Positions 10,734 to 20,129 of a DNA stretch of 64,000 nt are shown in pieces. Below the pieces are notes generated by a model. It did no database searches. It was not told the DNA's origin and saw only the letters and a list, made by a program, of their open reading frames with translations. The stretch covers positions 28,766 to 92,765 of IMG/VR virus record IMGVR_UViG_3300047564_003078; one strand, written 5' to 3'. The position numbers were made by a program, and so were the translations under genes. Position 1 is the stretch's first letter. Every line of letters starts with the position of its first letter. Origin of the DNA: a virus.

Positions 10734-11017
10734 TGTTAATAGACCGTCCTGATTTAGTTGAACTGATTGGTGAGTCATTGATATATGAACAAGCCAACAG
10801 TGTGACATATGCACGTTTTAGAGATGAACCAAAAAAAAGTTTATATGCAGGACGTTGGATAATCGGCGGCAGTGCCGAGGAGATTGCTGTAGCACAAGGT
10901 TATTTGAGTTATGATAGTTGGAAAGAATTATTCAGTTTAGCAGACAAAAATCCTACTCTTAGAAAACAACTTGACAAAACTCTTGACATATATTATCTTA
11001 TAAAAAATGGAAAATAA
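10733..11017 (+). CDS. hypothetical protein
   Basis: TAATG-coupled to the upstream gene. Confidence 0.55.
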   Translation: MLIDRPDLVELIGESLIYEQANSVTYARFRDEPKKSLYAGRWIIGGSAEEIAVAQGYLSYDSWKELFSLADKNPTLRKQLDKTLDIYYLIKNGK

Positions 11018-11810
11018 AATGAAAATTATTGCAGGCCCATGCCAGCACGAAACTCTAGAACAGAGTTTAGAAATTGCTCAAGAATGCAAACGTGTATGTG
11101 AAAAATACGGCGTTGAATATTATTTCAAGGCCAGCTATGATAAAGCAAACCGTACAAGTATGTCAGGTAAGCGAGGACTAGGTCTCGAAAAAACCATGTA
11201 TGACTTCAGAAGCCTAAAAGAACAATTAGGAGTAAATACACTAACAGACGTACACGATATAAACCAAGTAACTTATATCAATACAGTTTGGGGAGATTCA
11301 GTTGACGTTTATCAGATCCCTGCTTTTCTTTGTCGCCAAACAGATCTTATTAGAGCTTGTGTGGCAACAGGCAAAACGGTTAATATTAAAAAAGGACAGT
11401 TTCTTGCACCGTGGGATGTCGCGGGTATTCTTTCGAAGATCGAAGGAGCCAAAGAAGTTTGGATAACAGAGAGAGGAACTAGCTTTGGATATAATGCCTT
11501 GGTTGTTGATTTCACCGGCCTTAACTATATGCTCGATAATTTTAGTGTACCTATTGTACTCGACGCCACGCACAGTGTACAAAAACCAGGCGGCCGAGGA
11601 ACTAGTAGCGATGGCAATCGTTCTTATGTTCCTGGCTTGGCTCGTGCAGCTAGTGCTCTAGGCGTAACCAACTTCTTCCTAGAAGTACACCCTGATCCGG
11701 ACAACGCACCCAGCGATGGTCCTAATATGTTACATTTAAAAGACTTTGAAGATGTTGTAAAACAAATTAAAGTAGTCGGTGATGCAGCAAGAGGATACAC
11801 TTGGCTATGA
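11007..11810 (+). CDS. kdsA: Kdo-8-phosphate synthase
   Basis: IAGPC, KASYDKANRTS, IPAFLCRQT, KKGQFLAP, DATHSVQ and SDGPN motifs. Confidence 0.93.
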   Translation: MENKMKIIAGPCQHETLEQSLEIAQECKRVCEKYGVEYYFKASYDKANRTSMSGKRGLGLEKTMYDFRSLKEQLGVNTLTDVHDINQVTYINTVWGDSVDVYQIPAFLCRQTDLIRACVATGKTVNIKKGQFLAPWDVAGILSKIEGAKEVWITERGTSFGYNALVVDFTGLNYMLDNFSVPIVLDATHSVQKPGGRGTSSDGNRSYVPGLARAASALGVTNFFLEVHPDPDNAPSDGPNMLHLKDFEDVVKQIKVVGDAARGYTWL

Positions 11811-12487
11811 CAACAGCAATACTAATCCCTGCAAGATATGCCAGTACTAGATTTCCTGGAAAGATGATGGCAAAGTTAAACGGTGTTCCCCTTGTAGAAC
11901 ATGTTTACAACAAGTGTGCTGCAACAGGACTTAGTACATATGTGCTAACTGATAACCAAGAAATTTACAACTACCTTGGTGCTAAAAAATGTTTGTGGAC
12001 TACAGAAGCAGAAAACGGTACAGAACGTTGTATGCAAGTTATTGACGAAGTGTTGCAATATGATCGCTACATTAATGTGCAAGGAGACATGCCAGACATT
12101 ACTCCTGAAATAATTCTTAAGGTAGAATCAGAATTACAAAAAAGTGATGTATCAACTGCATATACACAGATGGATTTTAACTTGCGTAATAATCCAAACA
12201 CTGTTAAAATGATACACAGTAGAGGAAGAGCACATTGGTTTCTACGTGCAAGCCTACAATATGGTGATCACCATCTTGGAGTATATGGCTACAACAGAGA
12301 AGCAAAATCAATGTATTCAACCAGCACCAAATTTATTGAAGAAGACATTGAAAAACTAGAACAACTAAGATGGATACAGAACGGTGTCAAAATCGGAGTT
12401 GTTGAAGTAGAGTTTGACGGTATAGAAATTAACACACCAGAAGATTTGGTAGAATGGCACAAACGTAATGGCGAACAAACATATTGA
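11807..12487 (+). CDS. kdsB: CMP-Kdo synthetase (3-deoxy-manno-octulosonate cytidylyltransferase)
   Basis: IPARYASTRFPGK, GTER, INVQGD, HLGVYGY and EKLEQLR motifs. Confidence 0.9.
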   Translation: MTTAILIPARYASTRFPGKMMAKLNGVPLVEHVYNKCAATGLSTYVLTDNQEIYNYLGAKKCLWTTEAENGTERCMQVIDEVLQYDRYINVQGDMPDITPEIILKVESELQKSDVSTAYTQMDFNLRNNPNTVKMIHSRGRAHWFLRASLQYGDHHLGVYGYNREAKSMYSTSTKFIEEDIEKLEQLRWIQNGVKIGVVEVEFDGIEINTPEDLVEWHKRNGEQTY

Positions 12488-12935
12488 TCTTTTTAAGGAA
12501 ATGATTCCTGCTATTGACTTAGGAATCAAAGAACTTTGGGATGCAGCAACCGACGAAGGCAAGAAAGAAATAAAACTTGACTTGTGGAATCTCAATCGTT
12601 ATATTAGTAGTGTTGGCGGCAGCTTTGAAAAACAAGCGTTGGCGTTGGTCAAAGTTAATGCATATTACAATAAGAACTGGGCAGTGTTAGGAGCAAATCA
12701 TCCTAAGCTACAATGGCAACTGTTGTGTGTTGCTGGTAAAACTGGTAAAAAAGAATTCCATCCGTGGATAGGGCTTAAAAAGAAAAAGGATGATAGTAGT
12801 AAAGCAGTAAAGTTATTATTACAAATTTATCCAAATATGAAGTTAGATGAGGTTGAAACGCTTGCTAGAATATCTACAAAAAAAGAGCTCCAAGAACTTG
12901 CCCGTGAACACGGATACGATAAAGTTGACCTCTAA
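12468..12935 (+). CDS. putative clamp-loader small subunit (T4 gp62-like)
   Basis: Size, NRYIS...N...LQWQLL...PWI pattern and replication context resemble gp62. Confidence 0.45.
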   Translation: MANKHIDLFKEMIPAIDLGIKELWDAATDEGKKEIKLDLWNLNRYISSVGGSFEKQALALVKVNAYYNKNWAVLGANHPKLQWQLLCVAGKTGKKEFHPWIGLKKKKDDSSKAVKLLLQIYPNMKLDEVETLARISTKKELQELAREHGYDKVDL

Positions 12936-13608
12936 AAGTTACACATGTGAATATTGCAACAAAAGTTACACTAAAGAAAGTACACTCGTTGCACACCTGT
13001 GTGAACCTAAAAGACGTTGGCTTCAGAAAGATGAAAAACGAGTACAGTTAGGGTTCTATGCCTTTCAAAGATTTTATCGACTAAGTGCAGGTGCTAAAAC
13101 AGACAAGACATATGATGAATTTGTAAAGTCAAGTTTCTATAATGCGTTTGTAAAGTTTGGTAGCTTTGTTAACAATGTAAGACCGCTGTATATGGAAAAA
13201 TATATCGATTATGTTGTAACCAGCGGAATTAAATTAGATCAATGGTGCAAAGACGAACTGTATGAAAAATATGCAATTGAGTTGATACGCAAAGAAGGTG
13301 TTGAAACAGCACTGGAGCGTAGTATAAATACAATGGTTGCTTGGGCTGCTGAACATAACAGCGTTTACAATCACTATTTCAATTACGTATCATTGAACAA
13401 ACTCACATGGGATATTAGAGATGGAAAGATATCTCCGTGGTTGGTTTTGAATTGCAAGAGCGGTAAAACAGCACTTGGCAAACTAAACAACGAACAGTTA
13501 AACATGTTGACCAATATCTTAGATCCACAACACTGGGCTGTGAGATTTAAAAGACAGCCAAAAGATGTAGAACTTGTAAAACAAATTTCACAGGAAGCCG
13601 GACTTTAA
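12925..13608 (+). CDS. N-terminal zinc-finger protein, function unknown
   Basis: CEYC-x12-H-x-C; start uncertain (TTG 12925, frame open from 12847). Confidence 0.55.
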   Translation: MTSKSYTCEYCNKSYTKESTLVAHLCEPKRRWLQKDEKRVQLGFYAFQRFYRLSAGAKTDKTYDEFVKSSFYNAFVKFGSFVNNVRPLYMEKYIDYVVTSGIKLDQWCKDELYEKYAIELIRKEGVETALERSINTMVAWAAEHNSVYNHYFNYVSLNKLTWDIRDGKISPWLVLNCKSGKTALGKLNNEQLNMLTNILDPQHWAVRFKRQPKDVELVKQISQEAGL

Positions 13609-13611
13609 TTA

Positions 13612-14181
13612 ATGCCTGATATCGACATAGACTTTGCAGACAGAGACGTTGTACTATCAAAGTTACAACATCGTGTCGCACGATTGGAAACAGGTAAAAA
13701 ACATAATACGGGCGTGTACGTTACTGAGGTGCCACACAATCCTATAGATAATATTGCAACCATTGATTATAATACTGCTGAGGACAGAGGGTATTTTAAA
13801 CTTGACTTTCTTAACGTACACATTTACAAAGATGTACGTGACGAAGCTCACATGCAAGAGTTGATGAATAAAGAACCATTATGGGAATTACTTGAACATT
13901 TTGAGTTTTGCACACAGGTGTTTCATCTAAGTGGCAACGAAAATTTAGTAAAAAAACTAGCACCTAAAAGTATAGAACAACTAGCTGCTACACTGGCTAT
14001 TATTAGACCTTCAAAAAGATATCTAGCTAACACAGTAGATTGGAATAGAATAAACAACGAAGTTTGGACTGTACCAGACGACGGCAGTTACTACTTTAAA
14101 AAAGCCCATGCGTTTAGCTATGCTATGGCTGTGGTAGTACACATGAATTTGTTATGTGAAAAAGTCAACGAATCTTTTTAA
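13612..14181 (+). CDS. miniature DNA polymerase III alpha (DnaE)-like protein
   Basis: PDIDIDF, HNTGVYV, GYFKLDFL, VFHL, LAATLAIIRP and YYFKKAHAFSYA match DnaE motifs in order within 189 aa. Confidence 0.75.
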   Translation: MPDIDIDFADRDVVLSKLQHRVARLETGKKHNTGVYVTEVPHNPIDNIATIDYNTAEDRGYFKLDFLNVHIYKDVRDEAHMQELMNKEPLWELLEHFEFCTQVFHLSGNENLVKKLAPKSIEQLAATLAIIRPSKRYLANTVDWNRINNEVWTVPDDGSYYFKKAHAFSYAMAVVVHMNLLCEKVNESF

Positions 14182-14551
14182 TTAACTGAACGCTTTTTCT
14201 TTTTATTCGTTTAAGAGTTAAGTTTGTTACATTAACGCATGGCCCTATAACAACTTTAACATCTTTGCTGTTCATAGTCATCATACAATATTTTAGATTA
14301 TCAATTTCTCTTCTGAGGAATATATTAATAGGAATCATTCGATTTGATTCCCACCACCATATTTCTCCTAAATCCAACAACAGTTTTTTATCCTCGGGTG
14401 TTCTTAAACCTGTATAAACAAACATGGTAGTAACATACTGATCTTGATTTGAGATAATGCCTACATATTCGTTGCCGCCATAAGCAACAACACTAACATA
14501 AGGAAATTGATTTTCTATTTCTTTTAATAACATCTTTTCCAATAAATACAC
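14165..14551 (-). CDS. hypothetical protein
   Basis: 128-aa ORF (WWWESNR); start may be ATG 14533. Confidence 0.6.
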   Translation of the reverse strand: MYLLEKMLLKEIENQFPYVSVVAYGGNEYVGIISNQDQYVTTMFVYTGLRTPEDKKLLLDLGEIWWWESNRMIPINIFLRREIDNLKYCMMTMNSKDVKVVIGPCVNVTNLTLKRIKRKSVQLIKKIR

Positions 14552-14580
14552 TATAATAATTTTTAAGGATCCAGTATAGT

Positions 14581-15354
14581 ATGCAACTAACCCCTAGATA
14601 TTTAGTCGATAATTTTACTTATGTTATTTCTAGTGAAACTGGATTTGTAGTGGAGTATAGACCAGTGTATAGCAGACAATTAAAAGTATATAGAGGTATA
14701 GACAATACCTTACAGTTTAGATTACTAAATGCTGATCAAAAACCTGTATTTGTTGAAGGTACTCCAATTTTTGTTGCCTTTGACGAAAATGGCATTTTGG
14801 TTATTGAACGTGACTGTACAGTTACCGACGATAGTAGTACAGCATTGAAAGGTATGTTTGAGGTAACCATAACCGAAAACGATTTGTTGAATATAAGACA
14901 ACAGTACCTTACCTATAACATTTATATAAATGGCAATTCTAAAACTTTAACCTACGCCAATAGAAATTTTGACAGTGCTGGAATAATATATGTAAACGGC
15001 AATAGCTTCCCAGGAGTTAAACCTAGCAAAGTTGTAAACAATTGGCAATTTTTAAATGACCTTTATTACGGAACATTAGATGAAGATGGTGAACGTATCA
15101 GTGCTGACCCTGGAATAAATGGTAACGAAGCATTGCATACCATTGCAGTTTATTCAAACGGTTACACAGGCAATCTAATTGTACAAGCTACGCTAGACAA
15201 CAGCACCGATACACTAGATTGGGCAACTGTAACTACTGTTACGTTTACCGGCAACGAAACAGAACCAACTCCTGTAAACTTTAACGGTGTTTACAATTAT
15301 CTAAGATTTGTAGCTGTTGACGATACTATTGAGAAGATACTCGTTAGAAATTAA
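14581..15354 (+). CDS. putative virion structural protein (BppU-N-like Ig fold)
   Basis: KVYRGIDNTLQFRLLN; beta-rich; TAAATA late-type promoter at 14543. Confidence 0.45.
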   Translation: MQLTPRYLVDNFTYVISSETGFVVEYRPVYSRQLKVYRGIDNTLQFRLLNADQKPVFVEGTPIFVAFDENGILVIERDCTVTDDSSTALKGMFEVTITENDLLNIRQQYLTYNIYINGNSKTLTYANRNFDSAGIIYVNGNSFPGVKPSKVVNNWQFLNDLYYGTLDEDGERISADPGINGNEALHTIAVYSNGYTGNLIVQATLDNSTDTLDWATVTTVTFTGNETEPTPVNFNGVYNYLRFVAVDDTIEKILVRN

Positions 15355-15388
15355 TTGACATACAGACAGTAAAATGCTACTATGAACT

Positions 15389-16387
15389 ATGAGCATTGTA
15401 TCTGACGTCTTGACCACTTACTTGCCTGCAAAGCGTAAAACCACACCTAGTGGTTGGACCAGCTTCAATGCACCTTGTTGTACGTACAATGGTGAAAATG
15501 CAGACACTAGAGGACGTGGCGGACTTATCACAGAAGGCGATGTAATCAGCTATCATTGCTTCAACTGTGGCTTCAAAGCCAGCTGGCAACCCGGACGCAA
15601 TCTAAGTCACAAGTTTAAAAAATTGTTGGAATGGTTAAACACACCCGACAGTGAAATTACAAAACTTGCACTGGATGTAATGCGTATCAACGAAGGCGTC
15701 GAAGTTCAAATACACAAAGTTGAACTGCCTGAATTTACAACCGTGCCTTTGCCAGATGACGCTGTGCGTATACGAGACATACCAGACTACAATGAAAACT
15801 GTTTGAGTTTTAAAAACTTTTTACAGGTAATTGATTATATGGCTGAACGTAATCTAAATCTCGATGATACAGATTATTATTGGAGCCCTAGCCTTGCATA
15901 TAGAGAACGTTTGATTGTTCCGTTTTACTATGAAGGTAGGATTGTAGGATGGACTGCTCGCAGTATAAATCAAAACAAAAAACCCAAGTACCTTACAGAA
16001 ACACAACCTGGATTTGTGTATAACTTGGATGAGCAACGTCCACAAAAAGCATTTACTCTAGTATGCGAAGGACCCATCGATGCTATCCATATCGAAGGGT
16101 GTGCGTTAACTGGTAGCGAAATAAACGACGCCCAGGCCTTGTTACTAAACAGACTTGGCAAGGATATATACATTGTTCCGGATAGAGATCAAGCTGGCAG
16201 TAAACTAATTGAACAAGCTATTGACAGAGGTTGGGGTGTTAGTATGCCAGAATGGGGTCCGGGCATAAAAGATATAAGCGATAGCGTAGCCAAGCACGGT
16301 AGACTATATACACTGTATAGTATCGTAGCTGCGGCTGAAACATCGCCGCTTAAAATTAGATTGAGAGCAAAGAAATGGTTTATTTAA
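15389..16387 (+). CDS. DNA primase (gp61/DnaG-like)
   Basis: Zn ribbon PCC..YHCFNCG; TOPRIM motifs EGPIDA and PDRD; TTGACA-17-TACTAT promoter. Confidence 0.85.
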   Translation: MSIVSDVLTTYLPAKRKTTPSGWTSFNAPCCTYNGENADTRGRGGLITEGDVISYHCFNCGFKASWQPGRNLSHKFKKLLEWLNTPDSEITKLALDVMRINEGVEVQIHKVELPEFTTVPLPDDAVRIRDIPDYNENCLSFKNFLQVIDYMAERNLNLDDTDYYWSPSLAYRERLIVPFYYEGRIVGWTARSINQNKKPKYLTETQPGFVYNLDEQRPQKAFTLVCEGPIDAIHIEGCALTGSEINDAQALLLNRLGKDIYIVPDRDQAGSKLIEQAIDRGWGVSMPEWGPGIKDISDSVAKHGRLYTLYSIVAAAETSPLKIRLRAKKWFI

Positions 16388-16497
16388 AAAAGATTTGGTC
16401 TATACTTACATGGCCCTATAATAAAATCAAAGAAGAGATTGCATGGCGTAAACGTTTGAAAGAACTACGCAAGAGAGATCCGTTTATTTACAAATGA
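16375..16497 (+). CDS. 40-aa small protein ending RKRDPFIYK
   Basis: Overlaps both neighbours (ATGA coupling to 16494); not in ORF track. Confidence 0.5.
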   Translation: MVYLKKIWSILTWPYNKIKEEIAWRKRLKELRKRDPFIYK

Positions 16498-17060
16498 AAT
16501 ATAGAATATTACTAGTAGCATTGGAAGCAGAACTTCCTTATAAACTTGCACCTAAAAATTATAAAGTAATTTACACAGGTGTAGGAAAAGTAAACGCAGC
16601 ATTTGAAGCCACTAGAGCTATTGCAGAAGCACACAGTTTGGGGTTCCATCCTGAAGTTTATAACTACGGCACTGTTGGATCATGTAAACCCGATCTTACA
16701 GGCATGCACCGTATTACAAGATTTGTGCAGCGTGACATGAATGCAGAACCGCAAGCACCAAGAGGTGTAACTCCATTTGAAGCAGGGCTACCCTATTTGG
16801 ACTTTTCACTGGATATGACTCATGGTCTTACGCTAGGCACAGGCGATCAGTTTGTACACGAATTAGAACCGTGGCTGGTAAACAACAGCATTGATGTAGT
16901 TGACATGGAAGCATATGCTATTGCTCATGTGTGTAAACGCATGAATGCACAATTCACTTGCTACAAGTATATCACCGATTATGTAGGTACACCGCATCAA
17001 GCAGACACTTGGCAACAGAATGTAGCAAATGGTGTAGGGGAAATTTTAAAAGTATTATGA
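16494..17060 (+). CDS. MTA/SAH nucleosidase (PNP_UDP_1 family)
   Basis: GVGKVNAA, GTGDQF, VDMEAYA and KYITD motifs. Confidence 0.8.
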   Translation: MKYRILLVALEAELPYKLAPKNYKVIYTGVGKVNAAFEATRAIAEAHSLGFHPEVYNYGTVGSCKPDLTGMHRITRFVQRDMNAEPQAPRGVTPFEAGLPYLDFSLDMTHGLTLGTGDQFVHELEPWLVNNSIDVVDMEAYAIAHVCKRMNAQFTCYKYITDYVGTPHQADTWQQNVANGVGEILKVL

Positions 17061-18577
17061 TTACTTGGGGAATAAGTGCCAACAGCCACGATGCTGCTCT
17101 AGCAGTGTACAAACACGAACATGTGGGTATTGATCTCAAACTGATGTTTGCAAGTCACAGCGAACGTTACAGTGGAATTAAAAACGACCCCCATCTAAAT
17201 ACTGCATTAATAGATGCAGCAAAACAACACGGAGAACCAGATGAAGTTGTTTGGTATGAACAACCTTTACTCAAAACTATTAGACAGTTTAGAGCAGGCC
17301 AAGGAATTCGGTTACGCGAAAACAATGTTAAACGTTATCTTAAATCTCATGGGATACACGCTCCTATTAGGTATGTTGATCATCATCTTGCCCATGCTGC
17401 TGCCGGTTTTTATACTAGTGGGTTTACAGAAGCTACTGTCGCATGTATCGACAGTATTGGAGAGTTCGAAACCCTTACCATCTGGGAAGGCAAAGACCGA
17501 GAACTCAAACGTATATATTCACAATCCTATCCCCATTCGCTGGGACTCTGGTATAGTGCGTTCACGCAAAGACTAGGGTTAAAACCGCAAGAGGACGAAT
17601 ATATTCTTATGGGTATGGCAGCCTATGGCGACCCTCTAAAGTACATGAACGAAATACTTGAAGAGTTTTTTTACCCTATAGAAAAAGAAAATCTCAAAGA
17701 CATATTCTTTCCTAAACCTAGAATCAAACTGCGTCACAATTTACACAGGGGATGTCTATGGTGGCGGCCAGAACTCAATAGCCCCCAAGATATAATGGAC
17801 ATAGCAGCGGCTGTTCAAGCAATATATGCGTACTTATTGAAATACATCAGCAACTGGGCTAGATGGAAATCATCCTCGGGTAACCTTGTTCTAATGGGAG
17901 GGTGTGCTTTAAATTGTGCTGCAAACAGCGGCATATACAAAGATTGGAATCAAGTTTGGATAATGCCCAATCCGGGCGATGCCGGGTCAGCTATCGGAGC
18001 ACCACTAGCCCATTACAAACAACACGTTGAATGGCCGGGTCCCTATCTAGGTCACAACATAGAAGGAGATTATCCTGTTGAAGATATTATCCGAGAACTG
18101 CTTACCACAGGTATCTGCGGTGTTGCTAGTGGCCCAGCTGAGTTTGGCCCTCGTGCTCTTGGTCATCGTAGTTTATTGGCTGACCCAAGAGGTGTGGACA
18201 TCAAGGATCGGGTCAACCGCATCAAGCAACGTCAGCAGTTTAGACCATTTGCCCCCGCAGTACTTGAAGAACATGCTGCAACCTATTTCGATGGCCCAGC
18301 AGGACCCTACATGCAATACACTGCTGTTTGCACAGACCCTGGACTACCTGCAATCACGCACGGGGACGGCACCAGTAGGGTACAGACAGTTTCTCGAGAT
18401 CAAAGCCCGGGCTTTAGACGTTTGCTAGAACGCTGGTACGAGGAAACTGGATGCCCTATACTGTTAAATACCAGTCTTAACATCAAGGGTCAACCAATTG
18501 TTAACACTGTAGAGGATGCTATAGAGTTTGAAAAACATTACGGTGTAAAAGTATGCTTGGCTGCTGCGAAAAAGTAA
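17057..18577 (+). CDS. NodU/CmcH-family carbamoyltransferase
   Basis: HDAA, HHLAHAA, EYILMGMAAYG, GGCALNC, EFGPRALG, FRPFAP and LNTSLN motifs; ATG at 17057. Confidence 0.9.
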   Translation: MITWGISANSHDAALAVYKHEHVGIDLKLMFASHSERYSGIKNDPHLNTALIDAAKQHGEPDEVVWYEQPLLKTIRQFRAGQGIRLRENNVKRYLKSHGIHAPIRYVDHHLAHAAAGFYTSGFTEATVACIDSIGEFETLTIWEGKDRELKRIYSQSYPHSLGLWYSAFTQRLGLKPQEDEYILMGMAAYGDPLKYMNEILEEFFYPIEKENLKDIFFPKPRIKLRHNLHRGCLWWRPELNSPQDIMDIAAAVQAIYAYLLKYISNWARWKSSSGNLVLMGGCALNCAANSGIYKDWNQVWIMPNPGDAGSAIGAPLAHYKQHVEWPGPYLGHNIEGDYPVEDIIRELLTTGICGVASGPAEFGPRALGHRSLLADPRGVDIKDRVNRIKQRQQFRPFAPAVLEEHAATYFDGPAGPYMQYTAVCTDPGLPAITHGDGTSRVQTVSRDQSPGFRRLLERWYEETGCPILLNTSLNIKGQPIVNTVEDAIEFEKHYGVKVCLAAAKK

Positions 18578-18694
18578 ACATAGTACAACACATTGAAAAG
18601 ATTGAGATTGACACACATACATACTGTATTACAATTATATATTGTGAAAATTGTGGCAGTGTGAAAGCAACAACAAACGTGAGACAAATAAAAA

Positions 18695-20113
18695 ATGGCA
18701 ACAAGACAGAATACTGATTACGGATACGATATACAAAAACTATACTTAGAAATAATGCTCACAGATGCAGAAACATTTGTGCGTTGCCAAAGTGTGTTTG
18801 ATTCAACTACGTTTGATCGTAGACTGCAAGACACTGCTAAATTTATCAACGAGTATGTTATTGCACACAACATTGTGCCCACGTTTGATATGGTTAATGC
18901 TGCAACCAAATCAGATCTTAAGAATCCAGGAACACTTGAAGAAGCACACTATGATTGGCTACTACAAGAATTTGAAACATTCTCGAGACACAAAGCACTG
19001 GAAGCTGCTATTCTCAAAAGTGCAGACTTGCTGGAAAAGGGCGAGTATGGTCCTGTTGAAGAACTTGTAAAGCGGGCTGTACAAATTGGTTTGCAAAAAG
19101 ACTTGGGTACAGACTACTTTGCTGACCCGCGACGCAGACTAGAAGCAATCAAAAGCAACAACGGGCAAGTTAGCACAGGCTGGCCCACACTGGACAAGAA
19201 ACTGTTTGGCGGATTCAACAGAGGCGAACTCAATATCTTTGCAGGCGGTTCGGGCTCGGGCAAGAGTTTGTTCCTTGCTAACATGGGTGTAAATTGGGCA
19301 TTGGCTGGAATGAACGTGCTGTATCTCACTTTCGAACTTAGCGAAAACCTAGTCAGTATGCGTATTGACAGTATGGTTACAGACATTCCCAGCAGAGACA
19401 TCTTTAAGAGCATTGACGATGTTGAAATGAAAGTAAAGATGATTGGAAAGAAGTCGGGCAGTATACAAGTCAAGTACATGCCCACAGGCAAGAATGCCAA
19501 TGACTTGCGTAGCTATATCAAAGAATATGAAATCAAAACAAAGAAAAAACTTGATGTTGTATTGGTAGACTATCTAGATCTTATGCATCCAATCGGACAA
19601 AAGATTTCAGCAGAAAATCTATTCGTCAAAGACAAGTATGTCAGTGAAGAACTGCGTAACCTAGCAATGGAACTGAACACAGTGTTTGTTACAGCAAGTC
19701 AGTTGAACAGAGCCAGCGTTGAAGAAATTGAATTTGATCACAGTCATATTTCCGGTGGTATTTCAAAGATCAATACTGCGGATAACTTGATCGGTATCTT
19801 CACAAGTCGTGCAATGAGAGAACGTGGACGTTATCAAATTCAGCTGATGAAAACACGCTCAAGCTCAGGTGTTAACAGCAAGATTGATTTGGAGTTTGAT
19901 GTAGACAGTCTGCGTATTAGAGATCTTGGCGAGGAAGAAGAATTCAACGATTCTGACAAACGCAAGAGCACAGTGTTTGATCAACTCAAACGCAACAACA
20001 ACGCTCCTACTGCACCTGACAATCCCAGCGAAGGCGACACTGTTGGAAAAATACGTGCAACCACAGACAGCACTGCATTAAGAAACTTCTTAAACAAACT
20101 AGACGTTGAATGA
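18695..20113 (+). CDS. DnaB-like replicative helicase (gp41-like)
   Basis: GGSGSGKS, TFEL, VDYLD, TASQLNR and MKTR motifs. Confidence 0.9.
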   Translation: MATRQNTDYGYDIQKLYLEIMLTDAETFVRCQSVFDSTTFDRRLQDTAKFINEYVIAHNIVPTFDMVNAATKSDLKNPGTLEEAHYDWLLQEFETFSRHKALEAAILKSADLLEKGEYGPVEELVKRAVQIGLQKDLGTDYFADPRRRLEAIKSNNGQVSTGWPTLDKKLFGGFNRGELNIFAGGSGSGKSLFLANMGVNWALAGMNVLYLTFELSENLVSMRIDSMVTDIPSRDIFKSIDDVEMKVKMIGKKSGSIQVKYMPTGKNANDLRSYIKEYEIKTKKKLDVVLVDYLDLMHPIGQKISAENLFVKDKYVSEELRNLAMELNTVFVTASQLNRASVEEIEFDHSHISGGISKINTADNLIGIFTSRAMRERGRYQIQLMKTRSSSGVNSKIDLEFDVDSLRIRDLGEEEEFNDSDKRKSTVFDQLKRNNNAPTAPDNPSEGDTVGKIRATTDSTALRNFLNKLDVE

Positions 20114-20129
20114 GATATTATCTAGGAAG

